Assembly: GCA_045118975.1 (NCBI GenBank)
Contig: JBGVCT010000016.1
Span: 28,199 to 92,198 of the forward strand
Source: Bacilli bacterium
Lineage (GTDB): Bacteria; Bacillota_I; Bacilli_A; RFN20; DUOF01
Direction of reading: 5' to 3'
Length of the DNA stretch: 64,000 nucleotides
Shown: positions 48,055 to 58,513 of the stretch, one piece after another
Numbering within the stretch: position 1 is the first letter of the stretch
How the letters are laid out: every line of letters begins with the position of its first letter
Program-made: the position numbers and the translations under genes
Notes under the pieces: generated by a model
Database searches by the model: none
Seen by the model: only the letters and a program-made list of their open reading frames with translations
What the model was told of the DNA's origin: nothing

Positions 48055-48654
48055 ATGAAGGAAGACTTAAAATGTAATGGTTGCGGTGGTCAACTTGCTA
48101 AAATAGAAAATGAAGAGAATACTTATGTGTGTTTACATTGTGGTAATAAGATGGTTATTGCTGAAGATGTAAATAATAATAACTATAATGTTACTAATCA
48201 TGTTACAAATCATATCTATGGAAACGTTGTTTCTGAAGCAGATGATAGGGACAAGGTAGATTTAATGGCTAATGTTGAAGCTATGATTAAAATGGAAGAA
48301 TATCAAAAAGCATATAAAATGTTACTTTCAGTCTCTGAAAAAGAGCCAGGGAATACAATCGTATGGTGGTTGCTTTCTAAAACTGCTATGTCTGCTGCTA
48401 TTAGACAATTTAGAAGAGGAGAAACAAGCAATCACACTTATACAAGAGATTATAAACGTCACTATGAGAAATATTGCTTATTAGCAGGTGATAAAAAAGA
48501 TCCTAATATAGAAAAAGAATACAAAGAATTAGAAGAAACTTTATTGAAATATCTTAATAGAGAAATAAAATATAGCTCAACGGCTTTAAAAATTATGTTA
48601 GGCATTATTGTAGTAGCGGTGGTTGCTGCAATAGGTATATCATTGATTTTTTAA
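48055..48654 (+). CDS. zinc-ribbon protein with C-terminal TM tail anchor
   Basis: CNGCGG...CLHCGN zinc ribbon. Terminal helix LKIMLGIIVVAVVAAIGISLIF. Confidence 0.4.
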   Translation: MKEDLKCNGCGGQLAKIENEENTYVCLHCGNKMVIAEDVNNNNYNVTNHVTNHIYGNVVSEADDRDKVDLMANVEAMIKMEEYQKAYKMLLSVSEKEPGNTIVWWLLSKTAMSAAIRQFRRGETSNHTYTRDYKRHYEKYCLLAGDKKDPNIEKEYKELEETLLKYLNREIKYSSTALKIMLGIIVVAVVAAIGISLIF

Positions 48655-48950
48655 GATTTATTATAATTGATTTTAGGCATTATCTTTTTATAAAAAAGAT
48701 AGTGCTTTTTATTTTTTGTTGGATTTTCCTTAAAGTGCACTAAAAGCTCATTTTGTTGACAAATTTACTCTAAATTGGTATTCTCTTCCTTGCGCGGCAA
48801 TAAAAAAAGGTAAAAGTTGAGCTTTTTACCTAATAAAAAAGGAGTAACTATTTATAAAGATTTATATTAAATGATTAATTAAATTATTTAAAACTTGTAT
48901 GTAGTGATAGGGGAGTATTACTTATTACAAGTTATAAAGGGGAAAAATTT

Positions 48951-50555
48951 ATGAAAAATTACGAAGAAGAATTAGAAACGCTAATTAGAGCGGGCGCTAA
49001 GGTTGTAGAAATTGCATCTTTTGAGTGGGAAAGGGTGCATGGATTTACTAACTATGTAAGTGAGATATTAGGAATTGCTTGGTATTCATGGAGTAGTGTT
49101 TCAGGGCTTAGAATTTGGGAACAAGGAAAGTTAAAAGTTATTAATCCTGATTGTACTACCCTAGCGGCTGTATTGGAATATTATTTAAATAATGAAAGTG
49201 ATATGCTACTTGTATTAGAGGATTTTCATCCATATAGTGAGGTGGGATATCCAGTAAATGTAAGATATATAAGAGAAATGATGAGACCACAAAATTATTC
49301 TGGTAGCTATAAAAAAGCTATTATTTTAAGTGCGCCTAGTAAGTTTGTACCAGAAGAGTTATCTAAAGAATTACCGGTTATTGAGGTTGAATTACCTGAT
49401 AGAAGTATTATTGAGGTAATTGCTCATACTGTTGTAGAAGAGTATAGTGATTATTGTATTGAGAGTGAGATAACTCCTAAACTTTTAGAGTCTGCTCTTG
49501 GTCTTACTGTAATGGAGGCAAGATTAGCATTTGCTAAAGCTATTATTACAAATAGAAAATTAACTGATGAGGAGATCCCTTTAATAATTAGCGAAAAAGA
49601 GCAAATTATTAAAAAGAGTGGTCTTTTAGAGTATTTCCATCCAAAAGAATATTTAACTAATGTTGGTGGTTTAGAAAATTTAAAGGATTGGATAAGAAAA
49701 AGAGGTAATGCATATAGTGATGATGCTAGGGCTTATGGATTAAATACTCCTAGAGGTGTATTACTGCTTGGAGTTCCTGGTTGTGGTAAGTCATTAACTG
49801 CTAAAGCAATAGCAAATGAGTGGCAATTTCCTCTTTTGAGATTTGATTTGGGCAAGGTGTTCAGTGGATTTGTTGGTGAGTCGGAAAGAAATATAAGATA
49901 TGCTCTAGATGTTGCTAAAACTATTTCGCCATGTGTTTTATGGATAGATGAAATTGAAAAGGGTTTAAGTGGGACTCAAAGTAGTGGTAAGGCTGATGGT
50001 GGTACTAGTGCTAGAGTATTTGGAACTTTATTAACTTGGATGCAAGAAAAAGAGGATCCTGTATTTGTAGTGGCTACTGCCAATGATATAAGTTCATTGC
50101 CGCCAGAGTTACTAAGAAAAGGAAGATTTGATGAAATCTTTTTTGTTGATTTACCTACTGCAATGGAAAGAGAAAATATTTTTAGGATACATTTAGAAAA
50201 TAAAAATAGAGACATCAAAACTTTAAAATTGGATATTAATAAATTAGTGAAAAATACAGAGGGATTCTCTGGTGCTGAGATTGAAGAAGTTATAAATGAA
50301 GCATTATTTAATGCTTATGCAAATGGTCAAGATGATTTAAAAATGGAAAATTTAATGGAGTGTATATATACTACCTCTCCCTTATCAAAAACAATGGCAG
50401 AGACTATTTCTAATTTGAGAAAATGGGCTAAAGAGAGAGCTAGACTTGCAAGTGATGGTATTCCAGAGAAAGTAATGGATTTAGGAGTAGATGTACCAAG
50501 ATTGCATCAAGAGTGTAAGAATCCATTTGTTAAGAGGGAAGATTATGATAAATAG
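48951..50555 (+). CDS. AAA+ ATPase (classic AAA clade) with ~250-aa N-terminal domain of unknown function
   Basis: Walker A GVPGCGKSL, Walker B VLWIDEIE, second region of homology TANDISSLPPELLRKGRFDE. Confidence 0.75.
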   Translation: MKNYEEELETLIRAGAKVVEIASFEWERVHGFTNYVSEILGIAWYSWSSVSGLRIWEQGKLKVINPDCTTLAAVLEYYLNNESDMLLVLEDFHPYSEVGYPVNVRYIREMMRPQNYSGSYKKAIILSAPSKFVPEELSKELPVIEVELPDRSIIEVIAHTVVEEYSDYCIESEITPKLLESALGLTVMEARLAFAKAIITNRKLTDEEIPLIISEKEQIIKKSGLLEYFHPKEYLTNVGGLENLKDWIRKRGNAYSDDARAYGLNTPRGVLLLGVPGCGKSLTAKAIANEWQFPLLRFDLGKVFSGFVGESERNIRYALDVAKTISPCVLWIDEIEKGLSGTQSSGKADGGTSARVFGTLLTWMQEKEDPVFVVATANDISSLPPELLRKGRFDEIFFVDLPTAMERENIFRIHLENKNRDIKTLKLDINKLVKNTEGFSGAEIEEVINEALFNAYANGQDDLKMENLMECIYTTSPLSKTMAETISNLRKWAKERARLASDGIPEKVMDLGVDVPRLHQECKNPFVKREDYDK

Positions 50556-52389
50556 TAAGGTTATAAAGGTTATAAAAGAGAATTCCTTTAATCAAGGGTG
50601 GACACTTTTTGATAAGTGGGAATTTTCAGTGAGTAAAAATCATTTATTTCAAGAATATTCACTTGCTTCATTAATTGAACTTATAAATGGTGCTAGTGTT
50701 ATTAATCTTATATTGAAAGAAGCTTGTTTAGATGAAAATTTAGTTATAGCGTTAAATAGAGTTAGTCTAAATGTCAAAGTGAATGTGATATCTAGAAATG
50801 AAGAAATTGTTTCTACATATCCTGATTTAAAAATAGATAACTTAAGGATTGATGATAATTTAGATTTCAATTACATTGGAGTTATTGGTAAAGAAAATAA
50901 AAATTTTATATTATTTGATAAGTATGTAGAAACTAATGATTTGATTAATAAGATATATTTTAATCATGAAGATATAAAAGAAGATTATTCTTTTTTTACT
51001 CAGGTGGCTAGGCTTATTATTGTGGATAAAAAAGGCGAAAGAGATTATTCACAATTAATTATGGAGGCAAATAAGGAAAAGATAGAGTGTATATATGTTG
51101 TAGATCCTAAATACTACAATAAAGATATCTTTTATTATGCTTTAACAAATAAACTGGATTTAGTATTAGCGGATGTTTTAAAAGAGGGAATAATACTTCA
51201 AAATAAGAATGCTACATTATCTTGTTTAATAAAGACAAATAGTGGTAAATATACTACTTATCCTCTAGATGCTATGGACTCTTTTGTTAGAAATACTTAC
51301 AAATGTTTATTTTGTGATGATAATGCTAATATTGATAATATGCTTGATAGAGTATATTGTGTATCTAATGGAACAATTGAAAATTTTAGTTTGACGGATA
51401 CAAAGGTTGTTTTTTGTGATGTTAAATTGAATTCAATTAGTGATTTTGTAAGTGAGAATTTTGATGATTCAATAAGTGAGGAACATAATAATTACTCTAA
51501 TAAGGCATATAAGGTGGAATATCAATTTAATCTTATTCCTCCAACATTTGATAATACTTATAGTTTATCTAGTATTTATGATGAAGTGCATGAGTTAAAA
51601 AAAGAATGGGATGAAGTACAAACTCTTAAAGTGGATGAAATTAAAAGAGATTATGATGAAATCATGGAAGAGGATGTAGGTTTAATTGAGTTTATTGATA
51701 GTGGTGTCAAATTTGATGAAACATTAACAGGCATTATTGATGAGTGTAGGTATGAGGGATATTATAAATTAGTTAATAATGCTAAAGCTTTATTTGAAAA
51801 CTATAAGCGTTCATTACTTGTTAGATGTAAGGACATGTTTAATGCTGTTAATAAAGAAAACTTGAATTCTAAGTTTGATAAATTTGATGAAGAAATTGAA
51901 GGATATAAAAATACTATTCAAGAGAAAAGAACCCTTATATTAGAAGGGATAGATGTAAATAGTAATAAAAGAAGTGTAGAGATATTAGAAAAGAAAGTGT
52001 CAGATTTATTAAGACTTAAAGCTAGCTTTGAAAGTAAGGCTAATACTATAAGAGATGATAAAGGGTTAGAAGTGTTTTTGGACAAGTGTAATGAAATTAT
52101 CAATAATGATAAGCAAATACAATCTATTTCAGATATTGTCAAAACAAAAGAGATTTCTAAAATGGCTAAGTTAAAGGCATTTATAGATAGTTATTTGTAT
52201 TCAATAAATGCCTATATTGTAAATTGTCTTAATATTATAGATAGATTAAGAGATTTACATCTTCCTGAAAATTATCCTGTATATGAAAAGAATGGTGAAA
52301 GATATATTGTTATTGATGATTTATATGAATATTATGACACTAAATGTTTGAGGGAAGAGTTTAACTTGAAGTGTATAGCAAGGAGATAG
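50545..52389 (+). CDS. hypothetical protein (614 aa), translationally coupled to the AAA+ ATPase
   Basis: ATG at 50545 with AGAGGGAAG RBS, overlapping the upstream stop by 11 nt. No recognisable motif. No glycyl-radical signature. Confidence 0.4.
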   Translation: MINSKVIKVIKENSFNQGWTLFDKWEFSVSKNHLFQEYSLASLIELINGASVINLILKEACLDENLVIALNRVSLNVKVNVISRNEEIVSTYPDLKIDNLRIDDNLDFNYIGVIGKENKNFILFDKYVETNDLINKIYFNHEDIKEDYSFFTQVARLIIVDKKGERDYSQLIMEANKEKIECIYVVDPKYYNKDIFYYALTNKLDLVLADVLKEGIILQNKNATLSCLIKTNSGKYTTYPLDAMDSFVRNTYKCLFCDDNANIDNMLDRVYCVSNGTIENFSLTDTKVVFCDVKLNSISDFVSENFDDSISEEHNNYSNKAYKVEYQFNLIPPTFDNTYSLSSIYDEVHELKKEWDEVQTLKVDEIKRDYDEIMEEDVGLIEFIDSGVKFDETLTGIIDECRYEGYYKLVNNAKALFENYKRSLLVRCKDMFNAVNKENLNSKFDKFDEEIEGYKNTIQEKRTLILEGIDVNSNKRSVEILEKKVSDLLRLKASFESKANTIRDDKGLEVFLDKCNEIINNDKQIQSISDIVKTKEISKMAKLKAFIDSYLYSINAYIVNCLNIIDRLRDLHLPENYPVYEKNGERYIVIDDLYEYYDTKCLREEFNLKCIARR

Positions 52390-52392
52390 TTT

Positions 52393-53133
52393 ATGAGTTG
52401 TGAGATTAGTGTGAAATCATTTAATCCTTTAGAGATTAAGGTAGATGGTTTTACTAGAGATGATGTTATTAATTTAGAAGGGGCAATTATATGTGCCCTA
52501 AATCAAAAATTAGATAGATTAAGTGTTTTAACAAGAGGGTGTAATGTTTATTCTAGTGATGGTAATATTTTAATTAATGATGCCTATAATACTTCTTCTT
52601 GTCTACTTTCTTTATTAGAGACTTTAGGGTTCGATGTAAGAGAGATAGAGTGTGAGTTAAAAGGAAAAAATTATATAGTAAGTGATAAGCTTCTTTCTAG
52701 TTTAAGAAGTTTTGGCAACGATTATAAATTTAACCATAAGATTATAAATTGCGCTCTAACTCCTAGTGTTAAAGAAATTATTTCAAATAATAAGTTTAAT
52801 GTTGATTTGGATCTTAGAGTTTTAGATATGATTTTGAATATCAAGCAAAATGGATGTTATATGGAACTTGCTAAGCAAGAAATTATAACAGATTATAAGG
52901 ATAATAAGTTTGTTAGTGAACTAAGGGGAGATATTATATCTTCTTCATTGAGTATAAATGAAGATTTATCTAACATTTTTAATGGGGTAAAGGAAAATTT
53001 AGTTAAGACTAATGAAATATTAAAAAACGCTACTGCTAGTATAATTGCCTATAGAGCTAAGCAAATGGGATACTCTATAAAAGAAGTTAGAAATGGTAAT
53101 AAGATAGAGTTAGAACTTGTGAGGTGTGAATAA
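52393..53133 (+). CDS. hypothetical protein (246 aa)
   Basis: Tightly packed in the same operon. Confidence 0.4.
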   Translation: MSCEISVKSFNPLEIKVDGFTRDDVINLEGAIICALNQKLDRLSVLTRGCNVYSSDGNILINDAYNTSSCLLSLLETLGFDVREIECELKGKNYIVSDKLLSSLRSFGNDYKFNHKIINCALTPSVKEIISNNKFNVDLDLRVLDMILNIKQNGCYMELAKQEIITDYKDNKFVSELRGDIISSSLSINEDLSNIFNGVKENLVKTNEILKNATASIIAYRAKQMGYSIKEVRNGNKIELELVRCE

Positions 53134-53336
53134 TGGGAGAAAAGAAAATTCTTATTAGTATAGATGAAAATGGTAATTGTGATGCTGAAACTTTTGGAAT
53201 ATATGGTAGCGAGTGTATAAGTGAGTTAGATAAGCTTTTAAAGGAATTATCACTACAAACTAAAACTAATAAAAAAGATGATTTTTATAAGGAAACAAAG
53301 CTTATTAATAATGGTGTAAGGATTAATAATCAATGA
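53133..53336 (+). CDS. hypothetical small protein (67 aa)
   Basis: Start overlaps the upstream stop. Stop overlaps the next start. Confidence 0.3.
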   Translation: MGEKKILISIDENGNCDAETFGIYGSECISELDKLLKELSLQTKTNKKDDFYKETKLINNGVRINNQ

Positions 53337-53902
53337 TTGGGATATATAAAATAAAGATAGTAAATAATGAGCATTTATATGGTAAGGGAAAGAGATTATT
53401 AATATTTTTAAAAGGGTGCTCTATTCATTGCAAGGGATGTATAAACAAACATCTTTGGTCATTTGAGGATGCAATATTTATGGATGAAAAAGAAATAGTT
53501 GCTCTTGCTATTAAAGAAAATGTAGAGGGTATTACTTTGCATGGGGGAGAACCTCTTGATCAGGCTAAATCTTTATATAATCTTGTTAAAATGGTTAAGG
53601 ATAACAAAATGAGTGTTATTTTATTTACTGGATATAAAAAGTTAGAGTTAGATAAAATACAAAAAAAGATTTGGGATATTTCAGATATTGTTATCTCTGG
53701 AAGATTTGTAATGAGTAAAAGAAATGTTTCTTTACAATTTAGGGGAAGTAGTAATCAAAGAGTGTATGTTCATAAGGGAATATATAAAGGGTATAGAATA
53801 AAAGATGATAAGACGGTTACTTTATTAACTTTAGATGAAAAAGGAAATTTAGATATTAATGGTTTTATAACTGGTGATATTTTGAAGATAATTGGTAATT
53901 AA
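53333..53902 (+). CDS. NrdG-like radical-SAM glycyl-radical-enzyme activase
   Basis: LLIFLKGCSIHCKGCINKHLW (Cx3Cx2C), GGEP, and RGSSNQRV, the hallmark of anaerobic RNR activase NrdG. No nrdD nearby. Confidence 0.7.
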   Translation: MIGIYKIKIVNNEHLYGKGKRLLIFLKGCSIHCKGCINKHLWSFEDAIFMDEKEIVALAIKENVEGITLHGGEPLDQAKSLYNLVKMVKDNKMSVILFTGYKKLELDKIQKKIWDISDIVISGRFVMSKRNVSLQFRGSSNQRVYVHKGIYKGYRIKDDKTVTLLTLDEKGNLDINGFITGDILKIIGN

Positions 53903-53996
53903 GGTAAGTGAGGAGACTTGCTTTTTATATTGAATTTATTGAGGCGAAAAATTGAAAATGGTAGAATTGTTGTATGCGTTTTGTTAGGAGAAAAAT

Positions 53997-54851
53997 ATGA
54001 AAGAATTAAAAGAAAATAGAGTGGCTAGTTTTATTGTTATAGCATTTGTATATATAATGGCAATTATTGCTGGTGTAATTACATATAGAGCATTAAATTT
54101 TTCTTGGTGGGTTTCACTTTTGATTGCAGATTTAGTGTCTACAACGTTAACATTTATATTTAGTTTGATCTTTAAAAATGCTTCAGTTTATGATCCTTAT
54201 TGGAGTGTTCAACCATTAGTTATATTAATAGCTTTTGCTTTTAGTGAAAACATTACTTCATATGGATTACTTTTATTAGTTGTAGTATCAATATGGGCTA
54301 TAAGATTAACTGCCAATTGGGCATATACATTTAAAAATCTTACTTGCCAAGATTGGCGATACACAATGCTAAATGAAACAACCGGAAAATTTTATCCTCT
54401 TATTAACTTTATTGGTATACATATGGTTCCTACTGTTATTGTGTATGCTTGTACTTTACCTGGAGTATATGCTCTTAGAGAGGGAATAAGCGCGAATGTA
54501 TTAAGTGTAGTATTTTTATGTCTTTCTCTTGTGGCAATTATTATTCAAGGTACTTCAGATATTCAAATGCATAAGTTTAGAAAACACAAAGATTCTACAT
54601 TTATACATACTGGTCTTTGGAAATATTCACGCCATCCAAATTATCTTGGAGAGATTCTAATGTGGTGGGGAATTGGTTTATCTGTTGTTAGCGCTAGTTA
54701 TGGCAATTATTATCTTCTTATTGGTGCTATAGCAAATACTATTTTATTTTTAACAGTGAGCATTCCAATGGCTGATAAAAGACAATCTCACAAAGAAGGT
54801 TTTGAAGAATACAAAAAGCAAACAAGAATGCTTTTGCCAATAAAAAAATAA
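53997..54851 (+). CDS. DUF1295 / ICMT-like membrane methyltransferase-reductase family protein
   Basis: YSRHPNYLGEILMWWG signature. Polytopic. Confidence 0.55.
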   Translation: MKELKENRVASFIVIAFVYIMAIIAGVITYRALNFSWWVSLLIADLVSTTLTFIFSLIFKNASVYDPYWSVQPLVILIAFAFSENITSYGLLLLVVVSIWAIRLTANWAYTFKNLTCQDWRYTMLNETTGKFYPLINFIGIHMVPTVIVYACTLPGVYALREGISANVLSVVFLCLSLVAIIIQGTSDIQMHKFRKHKDSTFIHTGLWKYSRHPNYLGEILMWWGIGLSVVSASYGNYYLLIGAIANTILFLTVSIPMADKRQSHKEGFEEYKKQTRMLLPIKK

Positions 54852-54947
54852 AGAAGATTCTAATTTTAATCATTTAAGCAAACTAAATGTTGAAGTGGTT
54901 TCTAGTAAACTAAAAAAACACAAATAAAAGATAATTATAAAAAGGTG

Positions 54948-55886
54948 CTACTTTGCACCTTTTTTATTTAATAAATAACAAATATTAAATCTATTAGTTA
55001 TGTCCTCTTTTGTTACTAACATGAATAATCCACCTTTAGGTATGTATTTATAAGTGAAGTTATTATCATCTAGATATTTGATACTTTTATCTAATAAATT
55101 TTTATATTCTTTTGATTTTTCTTTTAGCAATTCTTTTAAGTTGTTGTTTTTTAAATAATCTAAGACAACAAATTGAATAAATCCATTAGTACATAAATCT
55201 ATTTTCTTAATTAGATATAATTTATCTATTGTTTTTTTATTTGAAATGATATATCCAACGCTGAAACAAGGAGATATATATTTAGAGAAACTAGATATGT
55301 ATATTACATGGTTATTATCTAATTCATATAACTTTTTATATTGATTGTTTTCATATGATATAAGACTGTATGGATCATCTTCGATTACTATAATATTTTT
55401 ATCTTTTATGGCATCAATAAATTTCTCTCTTATATCATTATCCCAACTAATACCTGAAGGATTATTAAATGTGGGTATTACATATATCATTTTTGGATTA
55501 TATTTTTCTATCTTTAATTTTAAATCTTCAATATCTATCCCAATAGTATTTACTTTAACTCTAATAATATTTAATTTTTTTAAATGAAATATTTCTTCTG
55601 CTCCAAAATAAGTATTTTCCTCTATTAAAATAGTATCATTTTCCCTAAGCAAACCAGTAATAATTTGAAGCGATTGACTACTTGAATTTGTGATTAAAAC
55701 ATCATGATATGAAACACTATCAATATCTGTAAATTTTACTATTTCTTTACGTAACTCTTTAATCCCTTTACTTGATACATAATTGTAATCAAAGTTGCCA
55801 TTTATAACATTATTAATACTAGTATTTATAAGCTCTTTGTCGATAATATTATGTAATCCACTAGAGTAATCTATCTCTTCTTGCAT
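54948..55886 (-). CDS. PLP-dependent aminotransferase class I/II fold protein
   Basis: SFSKYISPCFSVGYI (PLP-binding lysine context). NPSG-like stretch NNPSGISW. Confidence 0.55.
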   Translation of the reverse strand: MQEEIDYSSGLHNIIDKELINTSINNVINGNFDYNYVSSKGIKELRKEIVKFTDIDSVSYHDVLITNSSSQSLQIITGLLRENDTILIEENTYFGAEEIFHLKKLNIIRVKVNTIGIDIEDLKLKIEKYNPKMIYVIPTFNNPSGISWDNDIREKFIDAIKDKNIIVIEDDPYSLISYENNQYKKLYELDNNHVIYISSFSKYISPCFSVGYIISNKKTIDKLYLIKKIDLCTNGFIQFVVLDYLKNNNLKELLKEKSKEYKNLLDKSIKYLDDNNFTYKYIPKGGLFMLVTKEDITNRFNICYLLNKKGAK

Positions 55887-56506
55887 ACATATACCCCACT
55901 TTTTCCATCTTCATATACTTCTATATCAAAATAAGGTAATAATATAGAAAAGAATCTCTCTCTAGATATATATTTGAATTTAGTGAAATGAGGTAAATGA
56001 TTTTCTTTTATTTGAAGGTGATATACTTCATTATCTACTAGATAGGATATTTCTACATATGACTCATTATCTAAAGTATATTCTTTAATTAATGGTGTTT
56101 TAGGAGGCTTGTTTGTAAACGTATTAAAAATGAATACACCATTTTTATTAAACATTTTTGAAAATAAAGACATATCGATATCATCTAGATAATAATTAAC
56201 AGCCTGCATACAAAATACTTTATCAAATTTCTCATTATTGCTCTTTATAAATTCATTTATATCTGAGTTATATACTTTAATCCCTAGTTTATCTAAATCA
56301 TCTGGAATCATATCTTTTTCTTTATCTAAATAACTTACATAATTACTATACTTACTTAGCTCTTTGGTGAGTCTTCCATTGCCTCCACATAAGTCTAATA
56401 TTTTATCATCTCTATTAATGTTTGCTTTATTTATTATGTGATCGCATCCTTTTAAAAAATATCTTTTATAGACACTTTCATATTCTTTGTAATGAGGGTA
56501 TTTCAT
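55871..56506 (-). CDS. class I SAM-dependent methyltransferase
   Basis: Motif I ILDLCGGNGRLT. Confidence 0.6.
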   Translation of the reverse strand: MKYPHYKEYESVYKRYFLKGCDHIINKANINRDDKILDLCGGNGRLTKELSKYSNYVSYLDKEKDMIPDDLDKLGIKVYNSDINEFIKSNNEKFDKVFCMQAVNYYLDDIDMSLFSKMFNKNGVFIFNTFTNKPPKTPLIKEYTLDNESYVEISYLVDNEVYHLQIKENHLPHFTKFKYISRERFFSILLPYFDIEVYEDGKSGVYVCKKR

Positions 56507-57171
56507 TTTATTAAATCTCCTTTCTTATTAAAAAGATAAAACACACCATGATTTTTAATGTTAAAAGATTTTGTGTTATCTCTTTTGCTATCTTTAATAG
56601 TGCCAGGGAAGGAATAATCAAAATATTGTAAAGTGTCATCGTATTCATGGTTTATATGAACAATTATTTCTACATTTTCATTTTCAAATAATGTTGCAAG
56701 TAATGGGGCATTAAGTGAAGCTTTTTTATTTTTTACACTTACGATGTTGTTTATGTGATCTACATAATTAACATAAGCGTAGTCGTTTAAGTTTTCTTTG
56801 CCTCTAGTGGTAGTTATAAAACCTTTATTTGATTTAATAGCTACAGTTCCAAATAGGTATCTTTCTCCATATATCTTGTTTGATAGTTTATCTTTAAATA
56901 AATCTATATAACTATAATATCTTTCTAGGTCTTTAAAGTTTATTTCACAAATGTTTTCTTTGATAGTGTGATAGTATTTATCATCTCTAGCATTAGTAAT
57001 GAATTCATCTATATCATTTATTTCTAATAAACTTTTTTCTTTTGTTAAACAATAATATTTGTTACTGTTCTTTAGTATTATGAATTGATATTTTTTCTCT
57101 AGTAATTCTTTATAGAAATGGTCTATACTTTCATTTAAATCTCTAATTTCTTGGACTAAATATTTAATCAT
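56503..57171 (-). CDS. hypothetical protein (222 aa)
   Basis: Coupled between the coaB and the methyltransferase genes. No motif. Confidence 0.4.
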   Translation of the reverse strand: MIKYLVQEIRDLNESIDHFYKELLEKKYQFIILKNSNKYYCLTKEKSLLEINDIDEFITNARDDKYYHTIKENICEINFKDLERYYSYIDLFKDKLSNKIYGERYLFGTVAIKSNKGFITTTRGKENLNDYAYVNYVDHINNIVSVKNKKASLNAPLLATLFENENVEIIVHINHEYDDTLQYFDYSFPGTIKDSKRDNTKSFNIKNHGVFYLFNKKGDLIK

Positions 57172-57883
57172 TGTTTAACATCTCCCTTACTAGAGAAAAT
57201 GCTATATTTTCTTTTGAATATATCTTTTTAAAATCATTTTTATTTTTAATGATATAACCAACATGATTACCGTTTCTAATCGAAGATAAGTCATTGGCTA
57301 ATACTAAATTACAATTATTTTTAACTTTTAAATCATGGGCTACATTTATTAAGGTTTCTTCATTTACATCATCTAGTAATTTGAATCCTACTAGGTATGT
57401 TAAAGGAGATATGTCTTTAATCATTTTTATAACCTTAGGGGTTCTTTTTAATTTGATTATTAAGTTATCTTCATAAGAAGATATTTTATTATCTCTATTA
57501 ATGATTAAAGAATCATAATTGTCATTTAAAAGAAAGTCTTTATATTTATCTTCATTTGTTACATAGTCAACTGTATAATCACTTACTGCCATTGAGTGAA
57601 TAAAGTAGTCAATTTTATTATTTGTTAATAGTTCTTTAGTTACATTTACTAAATCATTAGTGTCCATTATTTCTATTATCTCTACATTATCTTTTTTTGT
57701 TGGTTTTATGGATTTTTTATTACAAACATAATAAATTTTATATTCATCAGTTAGTGCATCACTAAATGCATCGCTAATCATGCTTCCAAGTTTTCCTGAA
57801 GAGGAATTAGTTATCTTTCTAACATTATCTATTCTTTCACTAGTACCTCCAGATGTTATCACTATCTTAATCATTTTTATCAC
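57164..57883 (-). CDS. coaB: phosphopantothenate--cysteine ligase (monofunctional)
   Basis: ITSGGTSERIDNVRKITNSSSGKLG signature. Confidence 0.75.
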   Translation of the reverse strand: MIKMIKIVITSGGTSERIDNVRKITNSSSGKLGSMISDAFSDALTDEYKIYYVCNKKSIKPTKKDNVEIIEIMDTNDLVNVTKELLTNNKIDYFIHSMAVSDYTVDYVTNEDKYKDFLLNDNYDSLIINRDNKISSYEDNLIIKLKRTPKVIKMIKDISPLTYLVGFKLLDDVNEETLINVAHDLKVKNNCNLVLANDLSSIRNGNHVGYIIKNKNDFKKIYSKENIAFSLVREMLNND

Positions 57884-58442
57884 CTCTTAATATATTTTCT
57901 AAATAGTTAATAATCGTTTCCTTTTTAGCTAATTTTCCTTTTCCTACATAACCACACGCTAAACTTCCTGTTTCTGGTTCAATGAATTTATATCCAAATT
58001 TTTTGAGTCTTGATATATTATCTTGAACTATAGGGTTTGAATACATATTATCGTTCATAGCGGGTGCTATAACTATTTGTGCTTTTGTTGCAAGTAGGGT
58101 GGTAGAAACTAAATCATCACCTAAACCGTATGAGAGTTTAGCAATCATATTTGCACTACATGGGGCAACTAAAACTAGATCTGAAGTTTGTGCAAGTTCT
58201 ATATGTATCACTTCTTTTTTATATTCATGATTAAACATATCACTATAGACTTTATTTTTTGATAATGTTTCTAGTGTTAATGGGGTAATAAATTTAGTGG
58301 CATTATTAGTCATAATAACATTAACATTAGCACCTTTATGCTTTAACACACTTATGATGTCACACACTTTATAGGCTGATATTCCTCCAGTAACGCAAAT
58401 TAAAATATTTTTATTTTTAAACATATAATCATCTCCTGACAC
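57867..58442 (-). CDS. coaC: phosphopantothenoylcysteine decarboxylase flavoprotein
   Basis: ILICVTGGISAYK flavin-binding N-terminus, PAMN, Cys in LACGYVGKG. Confidence 0.8.
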   Translation of the reverse strand: MSGDDYMFKNKNILICVTGGISAYKVCDIISVLKHKGANVNVIMTNNATKFITPLTLETLSKNKVYSDMFNHEYKKEVIHIELAQTSDLVLVAPCSANMIAKLSYGLGDDLVSTTLLATKAQIVIAPAMNDNMYSNPIVQDNISRLKKFGYKFIEPETGSLACGYVGKGKLAKKETIINYLENILRGDKND

Positions 58443-58513
58443 TTTGATTTTATGATTATGCCGTTGATAAGTAAAATATATATATGTTATGATGATTATA
58501 AGAGGTGCTTATA

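Noticed and set aside
50545-52389. Possibility that the 614-aa protein is the glycyl-radical enzyme (NrdD/PFL-like) partner of the NrdG-like activase
   Set aside because: No C-terminal glycine-radical motif (RVSGY-type) and no cysteine-rich zinc ribbon. The length and composition do not fit.
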